NCBI GenBank assembly: GCA_963801165.1
Contig: CAWDDT010000011.1
Coordinates: forward strand, 96,001 to 160,000
Length of the DNA stretch: 64,000 nucleotides
From: an uncultured bacterium
GTDB taxonomy: Bacteria > Actinomycetota > Acidimicrobiia > Spongiisociales > UBA5794
Direction: 5' to 3'
The notes under the pieces were generated by a model. That model ran no database searches. It was not told the origin of the DNA and saw only the letters and a program-made list of their open reading frames with translations. The translations under genes and the position numbers were made by a program. Below are positions 11,112 to 20,476 of this stretch, piece after piece. Position 1 is the first letter of the stretch; every line of letters begins with the position of its first letter.

Positions 11112-12551
11112 ATGAGCAATACCGTAATCATTGACCCGGTGACCCGAATCGAGGGTCACGCTAAGATCGCCATCGAGCTCGACGAGGCCGGGGCGGTCGA
11201 TAGCGTCCGCTTTTCGGTGACCGAGTTCCGCGGCTTCGAGGAGTTCTGCAAGGGCCGGCTGGTCTGGGAGATGCCCAGCCTGACCGCTCGCACCTGCGGG
11301 ATCTGCCCTGTCAGCCATCTCCTCGCCTCCGCCAAGGCAGGCGACGCGGTCATGGGGGTGCGGATCCCCGACACCGCGGTGATGCTGCGCCGGGTGGCCA
11401 ACCTCGGCCAGATCATCCAGAGCCATGCGCTGAGCTTCTTCCATCTCAGCTCACCGGACATGCTCCTCGGCTTCGACCACGATCCGGCCACCCGGAACGT
11501 ATTCGGGCTGATGAGCGCCGAGCCGGAGTTGGCGCGTCGGGGAATCCGGCTGCGCAGCTTCGGGCAGGGTGTCATCGAGGCCATCGCCGGCCGCAAGGTG
11601 CACGCCCCCGGCATCGTTCCCGGCGGGATCGCCGCCCCGATGACCGCCGAGACCAGGGACCGGCTGCTAGAGGGGCTCGCCGAAGCCCACCAGACCGCCC
11701 AGGACGCGCTCGGCATCTTCATCGGAATGCTGGGCAAGTTCGAGCGGGAGATCAACAACTTCGGCACGTTCCCCAGCCTGCACCTCGGTCTCGCCAACGC
11801 TGCCGGCACCTGGGAGAACTACGACGGCCACCTCAGGTTTGTCGACGCCGAGGGCAACACCGTCGCCGACAACATCGACCCCGCCGACTACAGGGAGTAC
11901 ATCGGCGAGGCGACCCGACGCGACTCCTATCTGAAGTCGCCGTACTTCAAGCCGCTGGTCCCCCCGGGCGAGGATATCAACAAAGGCATCTACCGGGTGG
12001 GGCCGCTGGCGCGGCTCAACGTGTGCCAGACGATGGGGGCGCCGCTCGCCGACGAGGCGCTCGTGGATTACCGGGAGCGGGCAGGCGGAACGGCGAACTC
12101 GTCGTTCTTCTATCACTACGCCCGACTCATCGAGATCCTGGCGTCGACCGAGCTGATGCGGGAGTTCCTCGAGAACGATGCAATCCTCGACCCGATGGTG
12201 CGGGCGACGGCCGGCATCAACCATCACCGGGCGGTGGGAGCCTCCGAGGCTCCGCGAGGCACGTTGTTCCACGACTACACGGTGGACGCCAAGGGCGTGC
12301 TCGAGAACGTCAACATGATCATCGCCACCGGGCAGAACAACCTGCCGATGAACGCAACGGTGCTCCAGATCGCCAGGGAGTGGATCGACGGCCCGGAGAT
12401 CCCCGAGCAGGTGCTGAACCGCATCGAGGCGGGAATCAGGGCGTTCGACCCCTGTCTCAGCTGCTCGACACATGCGGTCGGCAAGATGCCGCTCGATGTG
12501 ACGATGCTCGATCATGAGGGCACTGTGGTGTCCTCGGTGAGGCGGGGCTGA
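11112..12551 (+). CDS. hoxH: [NiFe]-hydrogenase large subunit HoxH (group 3d)
   Basis: DPVTRIEGH, L1 ARTCGICPVSH, EAPRGTLFH, L2 FDPCLSCSTH followed by a cleavable C-terminal extension. Confidence 0.95.
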   Translation: MSNTVIIDPVTRIEGHAKIAIELDEAGAVDSVRFSVTEFRGFEEFCKGRLVWEMPSLTARTCGICPVSHLLASAKAGDAVMGVRIPDTAVMLRRVANLGQIIQSHALSFFHLSSPDMLLGFDHDPATRNVFGLMSAEPELARRGIRLRSFGQGVIEAIAGRKVHAPGIVPGGIAAPMTAETRDRLLEGLAEAHQTAQDALGIFIGMLGKFEREINNFGTFPSLHLGLANAAGTWENYDGHLRFVDAEGNTVADNIDPADYREYIGEATRRDSYLKSPYFKPLVPPGEDINKGIYRVGPLARLNVCQTMGAPLADEALVDYRERAGGTANSSFFYHYARLIEILASTELMREFLENDAILDPMVRATAGINHHRAVGASEAPRGTLFHDYTVDAKGVLENVNMIIATGQNNLPMNATVLQIAREWIDGPEIPEQVLNRIEAGIRAFDPCLSCSTHAVGKMPLDVTMLDHEGTVVSSVRRG

Positions 12552-12554
12552 CAG

Positions 12555-12998
12555 TTGGGCTTGCTGATCATCGGTTACGGCAACGACCTGCGGTGCGACG
12601 ACGGCGCAGGTCGGGCTGTGGCCGATCGGATCGAGGCGATGGCCCTTCCCGGTGTTGAGGTTCGCTCAGTGCAACAGCTCGCCCCCGAGCTGACGCTCGA
12701 CATCGCGTGTGCCGACACGGTTGTCTTCGTCGACGCCAGCATCGACGTGGCGGAGACGACCATGGTACCGGCGGTGCCCGAGCCGGTCTCAGCCTCGGCG
12801 ACGACCCACTACAACACTCCGGGCTCGCTACTGGCGCTGACCGAGACCGTCGGCCGGGCGCCCGAGCACGCCGTCACCATCTCGATACCGGTCACCGAGC
12901 TCTGTCTCGGTATGGAGCTCACCCCGATGACAGAGCTGGCCGTCGCAGACGCCATCACCATGGTCCTCGACATCGTCACCCACGGCGCCCGCTTCTAG
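12555..12998 (+). CDS. hoxW: Hydrogenase maturation protease
   Basis: IIGYGNDLRCDDGAG, QLAPEL, VFVDA; directly after hoxH. Confidence 0.88.
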   Translation: MGLLIIGYGNDLRCDDGAGRAVADRIEAMALPGVEVRSVQQLAPELTLDIACADTVVFVDASIDVAETTMVPAVPEPVSASATTHYNTPGSLLALTETVGRAPEHAVTISIPVTELCLGMELTPMTELAVADAITMVLDIVTHGARF

Positions 12999-13059
12999 CG
13001 TCCACCACGCCTACATGTCGGCACCGGATTAACACGAACGCGAAGCCGCAGACTCGGTT

Positions 13060-14058
13060 CTAGATGGCGGCGAGACCAGTCGCTTTGCGGACGATCTGCT
13101 GGTAGCCCTCGGCCTTGGTGCGGGCATCGAGAGCACCGCGACGCATTATCCGGGCAACTTCGGCATCGTCGAGGTTCTGGTATGCGCTGCGGACGGGTGC
13201 CAGCTCGGTGATCACCGCTTCGGCGACCACCTCCTTGAACTTCCCGTAGCCACCGTCGGCGTATTCGTCGACGAGCTCGTCGATCGAGCGACCGGTGCAG
13301 CCCGCCATGATCTCGAGCAGATTCGAGATACCGGGCTTGCTCTCCGGGTCGTAGCGAACCACGGGATCGGAGTCGGTCACGGCCGACTTGATCTTCTTCC
13401 GCACGATGTCCGGGGAGTCGAGAATGAGAACGAAGCTCTTCTCGTTCGGATCGGTTTTCGACATTTTCGCCGTCGGATCGGTGAGCGACATCACCCGCGC
13501 CGATGTCTCGGGGATCAAGGCATCGGGGATCGGGAACACCTCGCCGAACCGATTGTTGAACCGCTCGGCGAGATCCCGCGTCATCTCGAGATGCTGCCGC
13601 TGGTCGTCACCGATCGGCACCAGGTTGGCGTGATACAGCAGGATGTCCGCCGCCATCAGCACCGGGTATGCATACAAGCCCAGATTGGCCGCATGCCCCT
13701 TGGCGAGCTTGTCCTTGTACTGGGTCATCCGGTTGAGGATGCCGGTCGGCGTCATGGACCCGAGGATCCACGCCAGCTCGCTGTGCTGGGGGACCTGGCT
13801 CTGGAAGTAGAACAGCGATCGATCGGGGTCGATGCCACACGCCATCAACACCTTGGCGGCCTCTAGTCGATCCTCGGCAAACTGCTTCGGGTCGTACTCG
13901 ACTGTTATCGCATGCAGATCGACGACGCAATAGACACAGTCGTACGAATCCTGCAGCTTCACCCAGTTGCGCAACGCCCCCAGGTAGTTGCCTAGATGGA
14001 CGTTCCCGGTGGGTTGCAGCCCGGAAAAGACTCGCTGCCTGTCCAGTTGCCTATCCAA
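13060..14058 (-). CDS. trpS: Tryptophanyl-tRNA synthetase
   Basis: SGLQPTG, HLGNY, YPVLMAADIL, GDDQRQH, KMSK. Confidence 0.97.
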   Translation of the reverse strand: MDRQLDRQRVFSGLQPTGNVHLGNYLGALRNWVKLQDSYDCVYCVVDLHAITVEYDPKQFAEDRLEAAKVLMACGIDPDRSLFYFQSQVPQHSELAWILGSMTPTGILNRMTQYKDKLAKGHAANLGLYAYPVLMAADILLYHANLVPIGDDQRQHLEMTRDLAERFNNRFGEVFPIPDALIPETSARVMSLTDPTAKMSKTDPNEKSFVLILDSPDIVRKKIKSAVTDSDPVVRYDPESKPGISNLLEIMAGCTGRSIDELVDEYADGGYGKFKEVVAEAVITELAPVRSAYQNLDDAEVARIMRRGALDARTKAEGYQQIVRKATGLAAI

Positions 14059-14075
14059 TTGTCGATCCTCTCGTG

Positions 14076-14104
14076 AAAAAACGCCGGGGCGGGGCCTCCG
14101 GCGT
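14076..14104 (-). terminator. Attenuator terminator upstream of trpS
   Basis: Minus strand ACGCCGG-aggccccgcc-CCGGCGT followed by a T run, just before the trpS start. Confidence 0.8.
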
Positions 14105-14128
14105 ATCGGTCCTGGCGCGCGAAGGCAG

Positions 14129-14167
14129 CTATCTCTGCGAGCACCACCAGTAGAGCGTCGATGTCAT
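14129..14167 (-). CDS. Trp leader peptide MTSTLYWWCSQR
   Basis: 12-codon ORF with tandem TGG TGG upstream of the terminator and trpS. Confidence 0.82.
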   Translation of the reverse strand: MTSTLYWWCSQR

Positions 14168-14174
14168 CGGCGCA

Positions 14175-14203
14175 AGCCTACCTTCCCCGCCGGTTGCAGC
14201 CAA
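14175..14203 (-). promoter_or_regulatory. Sigma-A-type promoter of the trpS leader (leaderless)
   Basis: TTGGCT-N17-TAGGCT-N7-ATG. Confidence 0.6.
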
Positions 14204-14329
14204 TCCCGCGTCCCAATCCGACAACCCGCACGGCAGAGTAAGCAGTGGACACCCCCATGTGCGTTGAGGCGATGTATGACGGTGAAACGGAATCCGGGGA
14301 AGGCTTCGGCGGCATCACGTGACATTCCG

Positions 14330-14815
14330 GTGATAGCCGCGGTCGAGGAGTTCGACCGTTTCTATGCACGCGAGCTGCCCGGCGTCCTGGCCTTGTGTTA
14401 TGCGGTCATCCGGCGTAGGCAACACGCCGAGGAAGTGGCTCAGGAGGCGTTCTATCGCGCCTATCGCGATTGGCAGCACATCGGCCGGCTCGACCACCGC
14501 GCCGCCTGGATCCGACGGGTCGCCCTCAATCTGAGCTATTCACGTCTCCGGCGCTGGCGGGCCGAGGCCCGCGCCCTGGTCCGTCTCGGACCGGCGGTGG
14601 CAGCTCCGGAGATAACACCCGAGACGGAGTCCTGCTGGGAGCACGTGCGCGCCCTGCCACCCCGGCAGGCGCAGGTGATTGCCCTCGCCATTCTGGAAGA
14701 CCGCTCCACCGCCGACATTGCCGAGATACTCGGGATCGAGGAGAGCACCGTACGGGTCCATCTCGCCCGCGGCAGGAAGAAGCTCGCCTCCGCCCTCGAT
14801 GAGGAGCCGACATGA
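14330..14815 (+). CDS. ECF sigma-70 factor (SigE-like)
   Basis: FDRFY..AEEVAQEAF..AWIRRVALN (region 2); LPPRQAQVIAL..TADIAEILGIEESTVRVHLARGR (region 4); start codon uncertain. Confidence 0.88.
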   Translation: MIAAVEEFDRFYARELPGVLALCYAVIRRRQHAEEVAQEAFYRAYRDWQHIGRLDHRAAWIRRVALNLSYSRLRRWRAEARALVRLGPAVAAPEITPETESCWEHVRALPPRQAQVIALAILEDRSTADIAEILGIEESTVRVHLARGRKKLASALDEEPT

Positions 14816-16719
14816 ACCAGGAACCGATGAACCGCGCCGCCGATGAGCTACGGAACGTGGCACACACCGCGGCCCGTCGTCTCGACTTCGGTCGCTATTC
14901 CCGGGCGAGGCGTCGCCGCTCCACTGCAATGCTCACCCTCGCCGTAGCCGGGTTCGTGCTCCTTCTGATGTCGACTGCCCTGCTGACCCGGGTGGAGCCC
15001 GACGAGACCTCACCGATCACCCCATCGACGACCACTCCCACATCCACCACTGCACCGACCACGCTCGCCACCGAGCTTCCTGCGCTGCCGATCTTCGCCC
15101 CTGAGACACACCACTGGGGAACCAACACGGTCGTGCCGATCGGGTTCGTCGACGGCACCACGGCCGAGCTGTCCTACCCCGATCAGTACGACTTCCTCAG
15201 CGACGGGATCGAGCTGCAAGGTGCTTTCGAGGACTCCGGCACGGGCCGAACCTTCACCATCCGCTACGGAACGATCGTCGAGAACGTGGCGAGACAACGA
15301 GCCGTTGCGGGGAGAGCCGAACGGCTGGCGACGTACCCCGACCCGCGGGGCGGAACCGCCGAGCTGTGGAGCTTCGCCCCCGACGACACCGCCGACTACC
15401 TGTTCGTCTCGTTGGGGAACTGGACCCTACAGACGTGGGACTACCACGCCAATCGCAGTGACGCTCGGGACGAGACGCTGGCCGATTGGGTGCAGTCGCT
15501 CGGCGGCTACGTTGCCGACAACGGCTACCCGGTGCTCGCCGGTGACGGTCCGCTCGAGATCGTGCCGGTGCTCGGCGACAAGGGCGGCCCGGACGGGCCT
15601 GACCTCCGTTTGGACGGCGCCGACGGCACCATCATGTTGTATCCCGACCAGTGTCAGTACGTCACCGGCGATGGCTACAACACCGCCAACGGTAGCCTCG
15701 AGTGGTGCGACGCCGCCACCAACACACGAGTCACTGTCTTTGGGAGCTCGAGCGTGGTCCACGATGTGATGGACAACATGGCAATCACCGGCGTGACCAA
15801 CCGTACCTACGAAGCCACGCTGTCGCATACGCCCTACGTCGACGGCGGCGGTGAGTTCTGCAGTGGTGGCGACATGCCGGAGGGGTGGCGTGACCAAGCA
15901 ACTCAGATCGGACCACTGTGGCTGTGGCCTCTCGGCTCAATCAACGGCGGCAATACGGTCAAGACGATCGGCAATCTCTACGGCGACGAGGCCGTGACGA
16001 TTTCCGTTCCGCTCGGCTGGAGCAGCCAGGTATCGCACCTCTTCGATGCTTCGATCTGGAACTCGGGCGGCAACTACACCGTCGATCCCGACTACGGAGC
16101 GGTCACCTTCCTCCCGTGCGACGAGCCGCCCGGCCAGTTCGTCGGTGGCTTCGTGTTCGAGCCCGAGGCACGCTGCGCTCCGTTCGACGTCACGGGCGCG
16201 GTCGAGGGCATGTATACGGCCTCACTCGACGGCCAGCCCTGTGATTTCGCCTGGGCTCGCTACTCCGACTCGGACAAGGAGTTCACCATCACATACCCGT
16301 CCGACTGGTATGTCGCTCCAGAAACGCTCACCCCGGCGCTCGGCTTCCAGATGGTGATAGCCGTGTCCACCTTCGAAGCACCTGTCAGCGGGGACCGGTG
16401 CGCCCAGTTCTCCACCGCCGCCTTCGACGCCATCGACCCAACCGACGTACTGCTCACAATCCACGAGTTGGGCGCCGGCTACGCCGACGGACCCCGCCCC
16501 GACGATTTCAGAAGCGGCGCCGAGTTTCTCCAGGGAGACTTCCAAGAGTGCATCAGCGACCCGGGACGGCTCCACGGCGGCGAGTTCCGCTACATCGACA
16601 ACGGGAGGACGTTCGACGCCATCCTGGCGATGGGACAAGACGTGTCGGCTGAGGACGAAGACGCGGCCTGGGCCATGCTGACCAGCTTCATCCCTGTGGC
16701 TCTGGCGCCTACTCCGTAG
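14812..16719 (+). CDS. Single-pass membrane protein, putative anti-sigma/sensor
   Basis: ATGA-coupled to the sigma gene; short cytoplasmic N-terminus, Arg-rich patch, TM helix, Thr-rich linker, large Cys-containing extracellular region. Confidence 0.7.
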   Translation: MNQEPMNRAADELRNVAHTAARRLDFGRYSRARRRRSTAMLTLAVAGFVLLLMSTALLTRVEPDETSPITPSTTTPTSTTAPTTLATELPALPIFAPETHHWGTNTVVPIGFVDGTTAELSYPDQYDFLSDGIELQGAFEDSGTGRTFTIRYGTIVENVARQRAVAGRAERLATYPDPRGGTAELWSFAPDDTADYLFVSLGNWTLQTWDYHANRSDARDETLADWVQSLGGYVADNGYPVLAGDGPLEIVPVLGDKGGPDGPDLRLDGADGTIMLYPDQCQYVTGDGYNTANGSLEWCDAATNTRVTVFGSSSVVHDVMDNMAITGVTNRTYEATLSHTPYVDGGGEFCSGGDMPEGWRDQATQIGPLWLWPLGSINGGNTVKTIGNLYGDEAVTISVPLGWSSQVSHLFDASIWNSGGNYTVDPDYGAVTFLPCDEPPGQFVGGFVFEPEARCAPFDVTGAVEGMYTASLDGQPCDFAWARYSDSDKEFTITYPSDWYVAPETLTPALGFQMVIAVSTFEAPVSGDRCAQFSTAAFDAIDPTDVLLTIHELGAGYADGPRPDDFRSGAEFLQGDFQECISDPGRLHGGEFRYIDNGRTFDAILAMGQDVSAEDEDAAWAMLTSFIPVALAPTP

Positions 16720-16737
16720 CAGATACTGGGGCCAGGC

Positions 16738-16766
16738 TTGACCTGACAGCGGTTCTGTTCCATACT
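16738..16766 (+). promoter_or_regulatory. Sigma-A-type promoter of the cimA leader
   Basis: TTGACC-N17-CATACT, 8 nt before the leader ATG. Confidence 0.7.
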
Positions 16767-16774
16767 CAGCGACC

Positions 16775-16804
16775 ATGAACCACCTGTTCATCATCATTAG
16801 TTAG
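16775..16804 (+). CDS. Ile-rich leader peptide MNHLFIIIS
   Basis: ATG AAC CAC CTG TTC ATC ATC ATT AGT TAG upstream of a terminator and cimA. Confidence 0.8.
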   Translation: MNHLFIIIS

Positions 16805-16841
16805 GCGCCGCGCCCCACCAGACGGGCGTGTGCGCCCCTGC

Positions 16842-16869
16842 AACCCTCCGCAAGCTGCGGGGGGTTTTT
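16842..16869 (+). terminator. Attenuator terminator upstream of cimA
   Basis: AACCCTCCGCA-agc-TGCGGGGGGTT-TTT. Confidence 0.82.
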
Positions 16870-16887
16870 CGTACCCGGGAGAACCCA

Positions 16888-18477
16888 ATGAGTGCCCAAT
16901 CAGTCGAGATTTACGACACGACCCTGCGCGACGGGACCCAGCAGGAGGGGATCTCGCTGACGGCGCGCGACAAGCTAAAGGTGGCATCGCTGCTTGATGG
17001 GCTAGGGGTCGCATATATCGAGGGTGGATGGCCCGGCTCCAATCCCAAGGATGAGGAGTTCTTTGCCAGGGCCAAGACCGAGCTCGATCTCCGGACGTCG
17101 ACGCTGGTGGCGTTCGGTTCGACGCGTAGGGCAAAGGTTCGACCCGAGGACGACGAGCAGCTGGCGGCTCTGCTGTCGGCCGAAACCGACGTCATCTGCC
17201 TGGTTGGCAAGGCCTGGGACTACCACGTCAAACATGCGCTGCGCACCAGCAACAAGGAGGCTCTCGAGATGATCGGCGACTCCGTTGCATACCTGCGCTC
17301 GCAGGGACGCCGGGTGTTCTTCGACGCCGAGCACTTCTTCGACGGCTACCGGGACAACCCGGATTTCGCCGTTGCTGCGCTCCGTGCGGCCCACGACGCC
17401 GGAGCCGAGCGCCTGGTGCTGTGCGATACCAACGGGGGCTTCCTGTCCCACCAGGTGCAGCGCATCGTCGGAGAGGTGGGCGAGGCGCTCGGTGACGCCA
17501 CCCTCGGTTGTCACTTCCACAACGACTCCGGCATGGCAGTCGGCAACTCGATCACTGCGGTGCTCGAAGGTGTCACCCAGGTGCAGGGCTGTATCAACGG
17601 ATATGGGGAGCGAACCGGCAACGCCGACCTTTGCTCGTTGATCCCGAACCTGTCGCTGAAGATGGGCATCGAGACCATCCCTGCCGATCGACTCCCCCGG
17701 CTCACCACCGTCTCACACCACCTGGCCGACATCGTGAACCTGACGCTCGACCCCCACAAGCCCTACGTCGGCGTGTCGGCATTCACCCACAAAGCCGGCC
17801 TGCACACCTCGGCGCTCGCAAGAAGAAGCGACGCCTACGAGCACATGAGCCCCGACGGGATTGGCAACGCCACCCGCGTTGTGGTGTCAGAGCTCGCCGG
17901 CCGCTCCACCGTTGTCGCCAAGGCTCGCGCCCAGGGTCTCGACCTCACGCCGGAGGACGCCCAGACCGTCGTCGACCGGATAAAGGAACTCGAGCATCTC
18001 GGCTACCAATTCGAGGCCGCCGACGGCTCGTTCGAGCTGCTGTTGCGCGAAGCACAGGGCTGGAAACAGGATTTCTTCCGCCCCGAGTCCTACCGGGTCT
18101 TCGTCGAGTTCCGCGACGGCGAGGTCGTCGCCGAGGCGACCGTGAAGGTCTTCGTAGGCGACGAGCGCATCGTGACGACCCGGGAAGGCGACGGGCCGGT
18201 GAGCGCCCTCGACCGAGCCCTGCGGGCGGCCCTCGTCGGCTTCTACCCCGAGGTCGCCGACATCACCCTCACCGACTACCGGGTGCGTGACCTCGACTCC
18301 AGCGACGGTACGAGCGCCAGGGTGCGAGTGCTGTGCGACCACGCCGACGCCGACACGAGCTGGGGAACGGTCGGCGTGCACGAGAACATCATCGACGCCT
18401 CCTGGAACGCGGTCGTCGAGGGTCTCGTCATAGGTCTGCTCCGCCACCAGGAGCGCAACGGCGACGAAGCCGAATGA
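16888..18477 (+). CDS. cimA: Citramalate synthase
   Basis: YDTTLRDGTQQEG, EGGWPGSNPKD, FFDAEHFFDG, LCDTNGG, AFTHKAGLH, SELAGRS, GYQFEAADGSFEL, WGTVGV. Confidence 0.92.
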   Translation: MSAQSVEIYDTTLRDGTQQEGISLTARDKLKVASLLDGLGVAYIEGGWPGSNPKDEEFFARAKTELDLRTSTLVAFGSTRRAKVRPEDDEQLAALLSAETDVICLVGKAWDYHVKHALRTSNKEALEMIGDSVAYLRSQGRRVFFDAEHFFDGYRDNPDFAVAALRAAHDAGAERLVLCDTNGGFLSHQVQRIVGEVGEALGDATLGCHFHNDSGMAVGNSITAVLEGVTQVQGCINGYGERTGNADLCSLIPNLSLKMGIETIPADRLPRLTTVSHHLADIVNLTLDPHKPYVGVSAFTHKAGLHTSALARRSDAYEHMSPDGIGNATRVVVSELAGRSTVVAKARAQGLDLTPEDAQTVVDRIKELEHLGYQFEAADGSFELLLREAQGWKQDFFRPESYRVFVEFRDGEVVAEATVKVFVGDERIVTTREGDGPVSALDRALRAALVGFYPEVADITLTDYRVRDLDSSDGTSARVRVLCDHADADTSWGTVGVHENIIDASWNAVVEGLVIGLLRHQERNGDEAE

Positions 18478-18508
18478 ACCACGGGGGCGGGGGCACTAAC
18501 TTGGGCAA

Positions 18509-20476
18509 ATGAGCTACCTAACCGCCACCGACCTGTGGAATCTCGCTCGGGTGGGTCAGCCGGAACCCCACCCCGACGGGCACTTCGCTGTCGTCCCCGT
18601 CACCACATTCGATATAGATGCCAATGAGGGGACGACGAGGCTATGGCGGGTCGGCTCCGACGGGACCCGGCTGGCGCTGACCACCTCCTCGGTTTCGAGC
18701 ACCCAACCGGCCGTCTCCGTCGACGGGGAGCGTCTGGCTTTTCTCCGCAAAGCGGGGGATACCGGCAAACGGCAGCTGCACCTAATGGGCTTCGCCGGCG
18801 GTGAGGCCGAATGCGTCACCGACCTCCCGCTCGGAGTGGAGGCGGCCAAGTGGCTGCCGGATGGCTCAGGGCTCGTTCTCGCCGTCCCGCTGCTGGCGGG
18901 CTTCGCCAATGTTGCCGACACCGAGGGCGAAATCGAGCGTCGTGACGATGCCCCCACGCAGCCCATCGTCACCGAGCACGTTGTCTATCGCTACTGGAAA
19001 CGGTGGCTCGTCGACGGTCAGATCCACCATCTGTTCCATCTCCGACTCTCTACCGGCGAGCTGACCGATCTCACACCCGACCTCGGCCGGCCGATCGCCC
19101 TCGACGAAGTCTCCGGCGTCTTTGACATATCACCGGATGGGCAAGAGGTGGCTTACGCCGCCGACATCGAACCAGACCCGCGCTATCGCTTCCGTTTCGC
19201 CATTCACGCCACTGGCATCACCGACCCGAAGCCGGTCCTACTCGACGACGTCGAGCGTATCCCCGCCCAGCAGCTCCGACCTCGCTACAGCCCCGACGGC
19301 CGCTACGTCACCTTTGGCGAGCAACACGAGCCGGACTACTACGCCGATCATGTAAAGCTGGTTCGGTTCGATCGGGCGACCAGGGACAAGACGGATCTGG
19401 CGCCCCGGTGGGACCGCTCTGCAGGCGGGTGGGAGTACACGACCGACTCGGATCTGGTCCTCCACGCCGCAGACGACGGCGGCATGACTGTGTTCCTGTT
19501 GCCGCACGGCAGCGACACGCCGACGCCGGTTGCCGATACGGACTATGCCCATGGGCCTCGCCCGACGGCCGGTCCCCTGTGGCTCAGGACCGAGTCTGCC
19601 GCCCGGCCCGCAGATGTGGCCGTCGCCGGCGCCGGCGGTGTCAATCGAATTGGCCGCTTCAACGACGAGGCTCTTGGCAGGCTTCAACTCGGAAAGATCG
19701 GCGAGTTCGAGTTCCCCGGTGCCGGCGGCACGATGATCCAGGCGCACATCGTCTACCCCCCGGACTTCGATCCGGCGAGAAAATGGCCGCTGGTGCACAA
19801 CATCCACGGTGGCCCACACAATGCCTCGGGTGGCTCCTGGCACTACCGGTGGAACACGCAAGCATTCGCCGCCACCGGCTATGTGGTGGTGTCGGTGAAC
19901 TTCCACGGCTCCGACTCGTTCGGCGACGACTTCGCCCGCTCGATCCGGGGAACATGGGGCGACAAGCCGTACCAGGACATAATGGCGGCAACCGACTATC
20001 TGCTTGACCTCGGCTTCATCGACGAGGACCGGATGGCGGTGGTCGGGGGCTCCTACGGTGGCTACCTCGTTTCCTGGATCACGAGCCAGACCGACCGATT
20101 CGCCGCCGCCATCTGCCACGCCGGGGTCACCGACCTACTCGGTCAGTGGGCCAGCGACATTACGTCGGGCCGGGCCGCAGCCGTCGGCGGCACCCCGTGG
20201 GAGGACATCGACGCGGTGCTGCGGTGGAGCCCGGTGGCGCACTCGTCCGGGATGAACACCCCCACGCTGGTCATCCACGGGGAACAGGACTACCGCGTCG
20301 TTGTCACCCAGGGCCTGGTTCTCTACGGCATCCTCAAGCAGAAGGGTGTCGACGCCAGGCTCGTCTACTACCCGGATGAGGGGCATTGGATCGAGAAACC
20401 GAAGAACTCAATCCACTGGTACGGCGAGTTTCTCTCCTGGCTCGACCGCTACCTCGGGAAGGGACCAACACCGTGA
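18509..20476 (+). CDS. S9 family (prolyl oligopeptidase/acylaminoacyl) peptidase
   Basis: Beta-propeller followed by IHGGPH, GGSYGG nucleophile, IHGEQDYRV, YPDEGH. Confidence 0.93.
   Translation: MSYLTATDLWNLARVGQPEPHPDGHFAVVPVTTFDIDANEGTTRLWRVGSDGTRLALTTSSVSSTQPAVSVDGERLAFLRKAGDTGKRQLHLMGFAGGEAECVTDLPLGVEAAKWLPDGSGLVLAVPLLAGFANVADTEGEIERRDDAPTQPIVTEHVVYRYWKRWLVDGQIHHLFHLRLSTGELTDLTPDLGRPIALDEVSGVFDISPDGQEVAYAADIEPDPRYRFRFAIHATGITDPKPVLLDDVERIPAQQLRPRYSPDGRYVTFGEQHEPDYYADHVKLVRFDRATRDKTDLAPRWDRSAGGWEYTTDSDLVLHAADDGGMTVFLLPHGSDTPTPVADTDYAHGPRPTAGPLWLRTESAARPADVAVAGAGGVNRIGRFNDEALGRLQLGKIGEFEFPGAGGTMIQAHIVYPPDFDPARKWPLVHNIHGGPHNASGGSWHYRWNTQAFAATGYVVVSVNFHGSDSFGDDFARSIRGTWGDKPYQDIMAATDYLLDLGFIDEDRMAVVGGSYGGYLVSWITSQTDRFAAAICHAGVTDLLGQWASDITSGRAAAVGGTPWEDIDAVLRWSPVAHSSGMNTPTLVIHGEQDYRVVVTQGLVLYGILKQKGVDARLVYYPDEGHWIEKPKNSIHWYGEFLSWLDRYLGKGPTP

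Noticed and set aside
14059-14210. T-box riboswitch upstream of trpS
   Set aside because: No T-box consensus (GGTGGNACCGCG) or long stem I; a WW leader peptide explains the region.
16888-18477. leuA (2-isopropylmalate synthase)
   Set aside because: EGGWPGSNPKD, DAEHFFDG and WGTVGV are CimA-type motifs, and the leader peptide is Ile-rich rather than Leu-rich.
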